Assembly: GCA_017654855.1 (NCBI GenBank)
Contig: CM030335.1
Location: forward strand, 992,001 to 1,056,000
Length of the DNA stretch: 64,000 nucleotides
Origin: Podospora anserina
Taxonomy: Eukaryota
Reading direction: 5' to 3'
Positions 50,034 through 61,041 of the stretch are shown in pieces (the stretch's first letter is position 1; each line of letters opens with the position of its first letter). The translations under genes and the position numbers were made by a program. Under the pieces are notes generated by a model. The model worked only from the letters and a program-made list of their open reading frames with translations, made no database searches and was not told the DNA's origin.

Positions 50034-50093
50034 TCGGCTTTTTGGATATAGTTTAGTTCGTTGTCGGCTTTTTGGATATAGTTTAGCTCGTTG
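50034..50093. repeat. Tandem duplication of a 30-bp unit, preceded by (TTG)n at 49993-50016
   Basis: TCGGCTTTTTGGATATAGTTTAG(T/C)TCGTTG, two copies. Confidence 0.9.
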
Positions 50094-50750
50094 TTGTGTG
50101 TTTTTCCTTGACAAGAGCTGTCTGTTTTCCTATGTTGGTGTATAGGCCTTTGGTGCGTGTGGTAATAATGCTGGTTGTGAGGAGGAAAGTCAAGGGGAGG
50201 AGGGAGTCAAGTCGAAGAGGGTAGAGAGCGGACGGTGTTGGGATAAGAGCGGAAGGTGCTGGAGAGGAGGGTTGATTTAGACGGAATGTTGAAAAGATAA
50301 CTTGAGGGTGTGAAGGGTTGGAATCTCTGGGATAGATATAGTTGATATAAATCTGTGGTGTGTATAACGAAAGGATTTGGTAATATTTTTCTGGTCTCAT
50401 CACCTCCAGTGAGCAAGCACATCATACAATATCCATCCAGGCACCACATTGTATCTGAAGAATTTTGGGTTTCCACTGACACCAGCAATGTTTATAGGAC
50501 CATTTTCCACCTCCAGCCTTGAAACGCAATCCCTGGTCTTTATGGTTTCATAACTCCCACGACAGACATACATACATTATAGACAGAAAGACAGACCATT
50601 TTCCCATTGGAAAGTCTCCTTTCTAAATTTTATAACCACAACCACCAACCACGGCAACAACCAACAAACAAACATTTCTTATTTCGACATATATAAAACG
50701 CACACACACCCCTCATCTCCTTCTTTTTGTCATGCCCCAAAATTGTTCTC

Positions 50751-51528
50751 TCACGTTAGCTTCTGCTTAATAAAAAAGCTCCTAAGATGGCTCAGCTGCC
50801 AAGCACAGGTACCAGCAAGGACAAACAATTGAATCAAGATCCAGCGGACGACGCGAGCGTTGGTGGACTCGGATTGATCGCGGAATTCGGCTTCTCTCTC
50901 CTATTGTTCCCCTCATATCAGCACCACCCCATCTCCCTGAATGAGAGCAACTTACACGTTGAAACACCTGCTCCCTCCTGATGTCATTCAGCCTCGCGTT
51001 CAGGTCCTTGACCCGGGTGGCCAGGTCGGCAATCTTGGACTTGTCGCTGCTGTCGATGGCCGAGGTCTCGCCGATGGCCATGTCGAGGGTGAGGCGGATG
51101 CCACCGTTGGGCTGGGCCATGCTCAACCAGGAGGAGCGGCCGCTGGAGGAGGAGGGGGTGAAGCAGATTTTGTGGTCGCCGGCTTCGGCGGCGGTGAAGG
51201 TGAATTTGCCCGAGGGGCCGCCGCGCTGGGAGACGACGCGGTGGTCGTTGTCGAAGATTTCCTGGGGGGCACAAAGTTAGGAAGGAAAGAGGAAGGACGT
51301 GGGGGGGGGGAGAGGAGGTTATACGTCAACGGAAATGTAAATCGAGATGCCCTCGTGCTTGGCCCAGTGGTGGCGCTGGTCGTCCCATTCTTCGGCTACG
51401 TAGTGGCCTACTACGAGGGTGTCTTTGGGGAGCTCTTCGAAGAAGCAGCGGGGGGTTGTTACGTCGATGTAGAAGTAGAGGGCCTGGGCCATGGAGGCGA
51501 GGGAGAGGAGGGGGAGGATAGCCCTCAT
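50751..51528 (-). CDS. ERP1: p24 family cargo receptor (emp24/gp25L GOLD domain, alpha/Erp1-TMED9 type), 2 introns
   Basis: Signal peptide, [67 protein letters not shown]. Confidence 0.92.
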
Positions 51529-52299
51529 TTTGGCGGTTGTTTTTTTACGTGTTGTCCGTGACCGATTGTGGTAGTTGATGGGGGAGATATTGGAGCCGTC
51601 GGTGTATCGTCTGAATTGGTCGTGGTATGGTCGTCGCTCGTCAACGGTTTATCGTCGTTTGCGACGGGTTTGTTCACAAGTTCACCAGCAACAGCAGCAG
51701 CACAGCACAGGCGCGACCCCGGTCAAGCTTGGAAGCTGCCACGCTTCCACAGTAAAAAGTTGGGGCCACTCTCAGTGGAGCGGCCCAGCCAATCTCAGGG
51801 GTTGAGCTGAAGGGAGAGTCACGTGCGAGATCAATAACCAGAAAGCTTGACCCTTGGGCACTGTGTGCGTTTTTGGGTGACAACTGTGAGAGCGCACTGT
51901 GCCCTCTGGAAAATTTGGGCGGTGTTGCTTGACAGAATTTCGCGTTCTCACAGTGAATGCCATCATTCAATCATGTCGCTCATTTTCCGACAAACTTTGC
52001 CATCAAAACGTTGATTTTTCGTTGCGCAGTCCATCAAAATTTCAAGAGCGACAATTCAGTTTGATTGCTTTTTTAATAGACTTCCGTTTGATAGATACCC
52101 CCACCCTGGGTTTTTTTTCAGGTCGAGTTTTGCCAGATGCCCGATTGAAGTTTGGGACAAAACTGCGACCGACGAAACTCGCAGCTCTCTCGCTACCTTA
52201 TTAAGATATCCCCACAGTGCACGGGGTTGACCTGTCGACCCGACCAACCCCACCACCACCACCACCACCGACCTACCCGGCACAACACCACCACAAACC

Positions 52300-54180
52300 A
52301 TGACCTCGCGCGACGTTCACGATGTTCTCAATCTCCCTTCCGATCACTCGGGCGCGCCCCGACCATCCAAGAAGCAAAAGACCAGCGCGCCACGACCAAA
52401 CCTGAAGGGATTAGCTCGCGAAGTCCAAAACCTGGGTGGCGACAACCCAATAGCCATCGTTCCTGAAGTTAACTTCTTCAAGAAGCGCCGCTTTGCGACA
52501 CGGAAGCCGGTTGCGAAATGGGAGCTCAAGGCGTTCACCAACTCGGCGAGGGGAGACGACGGCGCATTGGTGCTGAGGCATTGGAAGAGGAGGACGGATG
52601 ATGGCGCGCCGCCGGTAGAAGGTGCGCAGGATGGAGATGGGCAACAACAGCGGGGAGGGGGGGAGGGGACGCCAGCTTCGGAAAGGAGGGAGGAGAAGCC
52701 TGAGGACTCGGCGTTTGCTAAGTACAATGTCAAGGTCGTTGTGCCTCACTACACCGAGGATCAGTATCACTCCAACCTCCAGAACAACGACTGGACAAAG
52801 GAGGAGACGGATTACTTGTTGGAGCTGGCAAAGGATTTTGATCTGAGGTGGACGTTGATATGGGATCGGTATGACTTTACTCCAAAACCACCCGGTGGTG
52901 GTGGTGATGCGGCAAATGGGGAGGATACCAGCACGGCGGTGGTGCCGGCCCCAAAACAGCGGAGCATGGAGGATCTCAAAGCGCGATACTACGAGGTGGC
53001 AGCCAAAATGATGGCTGTTCAGAAACCGGCGCAGTACATGACCCGGCCAGAGTTTGAGCTCTACGAGATGATGCAAAACTTTGACCCGGAGCAGGAAAGA
53101 AAACGAAAGCAGTTTGCGCTCAACACTCTGTCGCGCTCCAAGGACGAGGCCCGGGAGGAGGAGTCGTTGCTGCTAGAGGTCAAGCGCATCCTCGCGCGCA
53201 CGGAGAGGTTCAACGAGGAGCGCCGCGAGCTCTACAACCGGCTTGACTACCCGGCCACGGACTCGGACATCAACTCGTTCAAGACGTCGGCCGGGTTGCA
53301 GAACCTGCTTCAGACGCTGATGTCGACGGATAAGAACAAGAAGAGGAAGAGCATCATGCCTGGGGAGGGCGTCAGTCCCAGCAACAACTCGGGCGTGCCG
53401 AACAGTGCGGTTTCGGAGACGAACCCTGCCAATCGGAGGGAGAGCATCGCCGCTTCTGCGACGTCGAATAATCATCACCATCATGCTCGTCGTGATTCGG
53501 ATGCGAGGACACCGGCTACGCCGGCTGATCCGACGCCTACGTCGGCGGCGGCGGCGGCGGCGAATAAGAAGAAGGGCGGGGGTGCGCAGCAGCAGCCGGA
53601 GAGGAGGAAGTTGACGCAGCAGGAGGAGCAGGTTTATGGCGTGTCGTATCATGACAGGCTGGGGAGCGGCCCGACGTTTCGGTATGAGAAGATTAACAAG
53701 CTTTACAGCCACAAGAGCGGGCAGCAGCAGCTGCGGATTACGAATGCGCTTAGCGAGCTTGACTTGCCGCCTAGGCTGGTGATGCCGACGGCTGCGGTGA
53801 CGGCGCAGTTTGAGGTGCTTTGGGGGGCGGTGACGGCGTTGGTGGATTTGAGGAAGATGAGTGATCGGTTGGATGGGGAGATTAAGATTGAGGAGGCGAA
53901 GAAGGCGGAACGGGATCGGGCCAAGGGTATCGCGGCCGAGAAGGAGGGGGGGAAGGAGAAGGGTGAGGGTGGTGGTGGTGGTGGTGGTGATGGTGCTGCT
54001 GCTGCTGCTGGGGAGGGGGAGAAGGCCGGAGAGAAGACTGGGGAGGGGGGGCAGACAAAGGAGGATGGGGAGAAGAAGAGGCCCGGGAGTAGTGGGAGTT
54101 TGACTGCTGCTGGGCATAAGAGGAGCGCGAGCGTGTTGAGCGCGGCGAGTGATAAGAGCTCGAAGCGGCAAAAGAAGTGA
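52300..54180 (+). CDS. SWC4: SWR1/NuA4 complex subunit Swc4/Eaf2 (DMAP1), intronless
   Basis: MTSRDVHDVLNL, FTNSAR..LVLRHW, FAKYN, SANT motif WTKEETDYLLELAKDFDLRW..IWDRY, RSMEDLKARYY. Confidence 0.94.
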   Translation: MTSRDVHDVLNLPSDHSGAPRPSKKQKTSAPRPNLKGLAREVQNLGGDNPIAIVPEVNFFKKRRFATRKPVAKWELKAFTNSARGDDGALVLRHWKRRTDDGAPPVEGAQDGDGQQQRGGGEGTPASERREEKPEDSAFAKYNVKVVVPHYTEDQYHSNLQNNDWTKEETDYLLELAKDFDLRWTLIWDRYDFTPKPPGGGGDAANGEDTSTAVVPAPKQRSMEDLKARYYEVAAKMMAVQKPAQYMTRPEFELYEMMQNFDPEQERKRKQFALNTLSRSKDEAREEESLLLEVKRILARTERFNEERRELYNRLDYPATDSDINSFKTSAGLQNLLQTLMSTDKNKKRKSIMPGEGVSPSNNSGVPNSAVSETNPANRRESIAASATSNNHHHHARRDSDARTPATPADPTPTSAAAAAANKKKGGGAQQQPERRKLTQQEEQVYGVSYHDRLGSGPTFRYEKINKLYSHKSGQQQLRITNALSELDLPPRLVMPTAAVTAQFEVLWGAVTALVDLRKMSDRLDGEIKIEEAKKAERDRAKGIAAEKEGGKEKGEGGGGGGGDGAAAAAGEGEKAGEKTGEGGQTKEDGEKKRPGSSGSLTAAGHKRSASVLSAASDKSSKRQKK

Positions 54181-57100
54181 TTTGGCCCAGGTCTTGGACT
54201 ATCGGAAATGGGAGTCTGGAGGACGGTGGAGGAGTTGTACAGATAGTAATGATATCTTTGGGAGTCACCACGCTCTGTGTACAGTACAATATCTCTGCCT
54301 GATCCATCAGGACGTCCAGTGCATTGCTCGAAGCGATGGATGTGTTCACTTCCCAGTGCCAAATGCTATCTGGTACATGATTTTGGTGTAGTCAAGTTGA
54401 CGTGTTCTATCTCCAAAGTTGAAATTTATATGATCTGCTAAATAGCTGATCTGATGATTGCAAAATGTAGAGTGCTACCTTGCCCAAGTAGGTGGCAACC
54501 GGATTTATTGTCACCTTGATTCGAGTGTGTCAGTGAAAGTTATGGTTGAGGAATACACAAGGTTGAAGATGAATAAAATGAACCTGAGATGAAGGTAAGT
54601 GGACCAAGAAAAAAAAGATGACAAAGAAGGATGGAACTGCATCTGAAGGGCTTTGGTAGCCGCAAGGTGCAAGTATGGATATATTAGGTAAAGTCAAAAC
54701 AAACGAAGTACAGTATGTGAGTGCGTGGTGAGTGGTCGATGGAGCGAATGCGGATGTGCGATCATGCTCCCGTGGTAACATAGGTAGGGATCGTTGTCAA
54801 GGGATGGCGAACCGGATACTTGGGGCTCGAGCTACGAAACCCGATGTTGTGATGGTTAGCTGGAAGATAGAAAACTGGGCAGGGCATGCTTGGATTGCAA
54901 CAAACACCTACTTTCGACCTCCGGTTCAAGGTGCAGTTGCCAAAGCATTACCTATCTCTGAATTCCTTCAACTGTGTTACGCGGAATGCCATCACTGCTG
55001 GACATAAAGATGGTGATTGAACTGGACAGCTTCTATGGTACTAAATTGACAACAACTAGACTTGTGCAAGACCTCCATTTCTTGCTGTGGAGAATGCTTT
55101 GTGACTTGGTGTCATGTGACGATAATACAATGTGAGTATCTTGAGAGACAACCTGCTGTTCAGAAAAGTCCGAGACGAATCGATCATGACAGACAATTTG
55201 CGATGCTTGGGCGGCTAGCCGGTGCATGCGTTTCAAGAGATATCTCGTCATGTTCAACTCCTGAAATGTGTGGTACATTGATTTACAAAGTTCAACAAAG
55301 AGACAGATTGCTTCCTAACGGCAGCGGCATCTATAAAAAGCTCAGCAAGCCCCCAAGCGACGGGAACAATACCCGCCGACGTCTTGGCTTGCATTTCCTC
55401 GAGGAAGAAAGGGGTTCTAGGACCAAGCCTATATGCAGGTACATGTCTTTCGTCACGACCCGGGGAGAGCGAGGCTGCTCAACCGTGAGGCACGTACTCG
55501 AGGTTGATCATGCACCAGTACCAGTGGTCAGTACCTTCGGAGATTTACTGACATCTACGACACCAGACTTGCGAGGCTGTCGTCAGTGTCTGCATCTTGA
55601 GATTTGTGATGAGGATGTTGAAGGCTGCAGGCGCCAATCGTGAGACGACCTACCAGCTGGCGGGTAGACATGTGACGGTATAAGTGATTAGTAGATGGTG
55701 TTAGCGATGGTGGGGGACCGTTGGAATAACATGGGGTTATGGCACGATGTGGATATGCCTAGATCTGTAGTCAAAAGATATATATAATCTGCCCTGTTGA
55801 TCTGTCCCAATAGCTCTTGACCTTGAACCGCTGGTAGCTGCACCCCGTCAGATGGTTGGACGCCACCAAGGCTTGCTGATAAGAGGTGTGGTGATCGAGT
55901 TTCGAAACAGACATGTTTGACCCCGGATCTCTGCACGCCTTACATCAGAAGGGTATCCGGGGAAAGAGGTGTCGTTCAGTCTGACGAACCTTGGGCACAA
56001 GAGCGGGAGATGTTCGGCGGGTCGAAGAATGATGGGCCAATGAGAGGGCCGTAATGAGATCTGAGATGCTATTCTAGGTAAAGGTAAGCGCCATGCGGCG
56101 TTAAGCAATGCAGAGCCTCACCACACACCACAGTACATATGGGTTAGCCCTACCCACTTTGCAGTCAGTTCAACGTCCCGTTGTTGTGGGCGCCAAGGGG
56201 AGTTGAGGTTGCGCAATGGATGCATCATCTGCGGCCGACCGGAAGGCCACACACAGCGGACACGGCCGAGAAGAGAATTGAGGTGTGCGGGGGAGAGCCT
56301 CACGGCAGGCAGGTAGGCGAGACGCCGCGACTTAGACGCCGTCGACTCTTCCCGTGTGTGCTTCTGCTGCTGCTGCTGCACGACATGAATTCTCCAAGAA
56401 TGGTGATGGTACCTGCATTTACCTAGGCTGGAACTAGAAACCGGGCCTGTGGTGTTTTGGAATGCTTCTAGAAAAGATAGACGCCCAAGAAAGCATGTGG
56501 TGTTGGACCAGGCTGAGGTAAATCACCTGTTTCATTGGAGGTTCAATGATGCCGTCAGGTGCAAGGCTGACACCATGACTGGAAGGCAGGAACGACTTGC
56601 ACGGCACAAACAGGCCACAACCCACAAACCCTGGCTGATGATTGCAGCCTAATCACTATAGAATGATAGCCACACAGGCATCAACCACGCCTTCTCGGTT
56701 TCGGCCTTCGACGTCACCGGAGCGGACTTGGCTCCGAACCCGAATGGACGAGTCGCGATGTGAAAGAGAGACATTAGCACCGAAAGAGCAAACTCGTCCG
56801 GTCGAGTTGTTCTGGCGGTCAGGAGAGTGTCGTCGACGGCCCCGCATCGGCCCGGTCTGACGAGGTGACCGTTCCGATACTATTGTGGGGCCAAGAAATA
56901 CAAACCTCTTACATGAGTCGACACGCCGAATACAGCATCCACTTTGCTGACGACACCACCGAACATTACGTGCGTCTGCGCCTGCTGCCGTCCGTCGCAC
57001 CACACACCGCTCAAACGTCCTCCTCCCAGACCTCCCTGCCTGTTCGGTGAGAATTTGCTCCGTCATCGATAGGGGTCTTGAGTTGCGAGTCGCGATAGCC

Positions 57101-60100
57101 GCAGCCTCAAAAGGTTCCAACTGCATGCTTCATCACGGGACGAACACTGCTGCGGCGGGGCCACCTACCGGCTCATTCGCACGCCTCCCATTCGATGGCA
57201 ACCTGTTTCTAAGAATACCTTGCTCGATTATTCAAAATCCCGACTTCTCATAGGTCCTGCCAGATCTGATTTCCAACCAATCACAGCCAAGACCTTTCCA
57301 TGGCCCAGGAACGAGGAGTTGGCGATGGCGGTAAAGCAGCAGCTGCTGCTGCTGCCGCGGTAGTTGGGCTTCCTGTTCCTCCGGCACCTGGTTCCCCCTT
57401 CGCCTCGAGCCTACTCAGCAGCGCAGAAAAGACAAAAAGCGCGCGTCGCAGAGCCTGATATTAAAGGTCGCAATTTTGTGCATGAGGTGCGAGATGGTGT
57501 TCTATAATTATCACCCCATGGCTGATCCCTGCTGCTGCCCGGACCACCGCTTCTCGGAAGATTAGCGACTGTGGGTTTCATCCTCGACGTCGATGCTGCA
57601 GAAGCTGGGTTCATCAGAGTGTGGGGAGGGCCGTCTCTCTCATCACAGAGGAGTGACAGTCCAGGAGCGCCGCAGAGGCACAGGGTTTAACACGCTGAGT
57701 TATCACCGTCAGAGGGGACGCCATGTCCTCCACAGGGTCGCTCTGGTCACGACGTGGTGGTGGTATTCCGGCGTCGTCTTCCACAAAAACCGCACGTTGC
57801 AAGGCCGGCGCTTGGCCTGATTTGGTCCAAAAGGCCCTGACGGTGCAGCATTGGCGACCGTTTTCGTACGAGCTGGACTTCAGCCGAGGCATTCTTCTCT
57901 TGGTCAGATGAATCTGCTAGAGAGAGGATGAGGTTGAAGGGATAGGAAAAGATATCGTCACCAGATCGAAATACAACTTGGTACAATACAAATCGAATCT
58001 TTCAGGTACCAACACCAGTCGTCGCAAAACGATAGCAGAATGGGGATTAACGCACCGCGTCAAATTGCATGAGCACCGACCCCTGTCACGGCCCATCATT
58101 GGCCCTCGTTGTGAGACTCGAGCTCGCTTCACACGCTCCCATCACCACATCACCGGCTGGCAAATCCTGCTCGACTCCTCAGGCCCCTTCTGGCCCCTCT
58201 GGCGGCATTCGTTGGCCCCGGGAGCGGGTGTCGTCTTATCTCTTTCTCGAGTGTAAAGAAACAAACAAGGTCCGATTCGGGGCGAGCAACGGCGGGGGTG
58301 AGGTGTCCTCGACGGCCGCCGGACGGCACACACACACACGGGCACACACACACACATGGGCACACACACACGGGCACACACGGGGCGGTGGGGTAGAGAT
58401 GCTCAAAGCTCAAGCTACGTGACGACACCGCTTCCTCGCTTCTGCTCACTCTGCTGCAGGGGACGGTCCTCCGCTCCAACGCACCTGCAGCCCAATATTG
58501 ACGGCTCATTCAGGAGTTTGGAACACGTCTGCAGAAAAGCTGTATTGCCAACTGGCAAATCAGGTCAAGCATCCTGATTGCATCGCTTTCGGGTGACGGA
58601 TGGGGGCCATCTGACCCGCAGCTCCGTTCATCTTTTGTCAACCGTTTCCTTGTATCTCGCACGCACCAAGCGCCTCCAGATCTAACTGCCAGGGGTTTGC
58701 CCTGGAGCGATGTGCGCGCCAAGACACCTGCTCGAACTCTCTCTGAATAGACGGCGACGAGCAACACAGTTGTGGTAAAGGTACAGTGTTGCACCACCAG
58801 GTCAGATACAGACGACGACAGCCGCAACCCTCTCGGCTGCGCATACTCGTCGGTGAAGGCAAGCGATTCGTCAGTGAGGAACCACTCCGACACTGTCGAC
58901 TCGTGCAAGTGAGATGTCGCACAGCTTTTATATTGGCTCCCTCCTTTCCAGCCGCGGTGAAGCCAGGACTCGGTAGGTGGACTCGCCTGAGTGGCGGCTC
59001 TGATCGCTTGATCGCTTGTTCGCGCGGAAGCCGCTCTTACAGATCGCATAACACCAGGCAACTCTACACACTTCCACCACACCCGACTGACTTGGCGAGC
59101 CCGGCTGGCGTGGGCGGGACCTACTTTGGGGGACCAGCAGTAGTAGTTAATGCTAGGCCGCAGCTTATCCGCCTAGTCCGGCCCGGTCTGGGAATTAACT
59201 TACAATTGGTGTAAGGACAATTGAAGATATCCGCACCCGCCATGTGATGTGATCCTGATGTTCCCTACGGAGTAACATGTCAGTTCTCACAGTCTCACTT
59301 TGGAGAAGGAGAAGGTCTCAACAACCCCTGTCGTGAGTGTGCCGACAAGAATATGGCTTGGCAATGCCTTCTGCAAGTGCCCTGGCCCGGCCGGTCATGA
59401 TGGACGGGAGGGACAGTTCTTTCCGCACTTATTCCCAAGAAGGCAATCCAACCCTGGCCTCAGCACGCTGCAGCAACACGCACACCACCTCACGGCACGC
59501 ACACCACGCAGAATCAGCAACCAAGGTTTCCGTCACAAGGTACCGGTACATACATGTCTCCCTGGTTAGGCGCCATGCCACAATGAAAACACAGAAAGCA
59601 AGGGAACAGCACCCTTCCTCATTCCAGCTCCCTGCCCGCGGGCGTCTGTGCGACTCGTGGCAACCCCCCCCCCCAGCACCAGCCGCCCTTGCATTTTTGA
59701 CGCTCGTCTGCTGCGAACGGTTGACGAAAGCGAGTTTCTTCCTTCTTCTTTAGCTTTACCACATCTGCAGCAAAGCAAACCTGGAAGCCCCGGGCTGTCC
59801 GCGATCTCAACAATACCCGTAGATCCGACCGGTCTATAGCTAAGCCTAGCTTTGAGGACTACCCTTAGTCCGCCGGGGGGAGTATAAGCAACCGCCAACC
59901 TCCAAGCACCAAGCACTGTACAGATACAAGATACGGAGTACAGATACAGAAATACCGTATTACCAGAACCCCGGCTCCTGCTGGGTACGAGTACGGTACG
60001 GTACCAACCTCCCCACCCCATCCCACCCCAATCCACTCCGTCCATCCACCCACCCAATCCATCCCCGTCGTCCCCATCACTCCCTTCCCGACAGGCGCAG

Positions 60101-60871
60101 CGGTGTCCGTAATCGCGCGTTAAAAGGGACCAAGCGCCCACACCCCAAACTCCTGTTGAAGAAGGCTGGGGTTTTGGCTCAAATTTCCTGGCAGCACACG
60201 TTACGTTGCACGCCCCGTCGACAGCGCGCAACTCTCTGGCTTTGAACCACCGAGACGAAGGACGGGACTGGATAGCTGGACAAGAGGACGGGACCAGGAC
60301 AAGGACAGGACAGGGAAGGACAGGACAGGACAAGACAGGAGAGGACCGACAGGGCGACGGCGGCGGCGGCGACCCGGCACAGCAGCTACAACAACACATC
60401 GAGAGCTCCGGACACTCTTTCGCCCAAACGCACCTCGCATTTTGTTCTGCAGCAGTTTGCAGCTTGCGCAAATCAACACTCACCAGTCGGCTCTGGAAGC
60501 ACCGTTCATGACCCTCTGACGTGTCATTTCATCTCACCATCTCATCAACAACAGCAACACACAGTCTTGCTGAGAGCTCAGAGAAGCTTGTGGGAGCTAC
60601 CTTAGCTATTGTCAGGGTAGGGAGCTCTCGAGCAGCAGCAGTTCCAGTCCGCGCAAGCAGTGTCACCGGCCCCAGGTCCGGCGACAGTATAACCTATTTC
60701 CATCCGGGCGAACCCAACGCTGGGTAACGGACGCACGAGACACCGACCGGTCCCCCCCCGCCTTCCATCACTGGCGCATCGCATCCGGGAAATCCTGCAG
60801 GCTGATCACACTTTTTTTTTATTTTTTAAACGCTGATTCATCAGTGAATTTCACGATCCCCAGACCAGCGC

Positions 60872-61027
60872 ATGGTCTCTTTGAGCCGTCTCATCTATCT
60901 GCCACACCACTCACCCCCATCGCCCACTAGTTACGACCTCAGGCACAACCATCAACACTCATACTCACCATCACCCAAGCGCCGTCAATCAGCTGGCTGT
61001 TTCACTAGTCCACCCACCGGCTCATAG
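60872..61027 (+). promoter_or_regulatory. Candidate 51-codon uORF ending 14 nt before the AUG of the transcription factor
   Basis: Open ATG-to-TAG frame MVSLSRLIYLPHHSPPSPTSYDLRHNHQHSYSPSPKRRQSAGCFTSPPTGS*, downstream of a putative 5'UTR intron acceptor at 60844. Confidence 0.4.
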
Positions 61028-61041
61028 CTTTGTGAACAGCA

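Noticed and set aside
50034-50093. 30-bp and 36-bp direct repeats as CRISPR-like arrays
   Set aside because: Only two adjacent copies, no spacers, eukaryotic context; simple tandem duplications.
55062-55643. 193-aa Cys-rich ORF
   Set aside because: Starts at GTG, not ATG, and shows no codon bias or recognisable domain.
54181-61041. Telomerase RNA or snRNA gene in the long intergenic region
   Set aside because: By eye I found no TAACCCTAA-type template and no U1/U2/U4/U5/U6 signature; a covariance search would be needed to exclude this fully.
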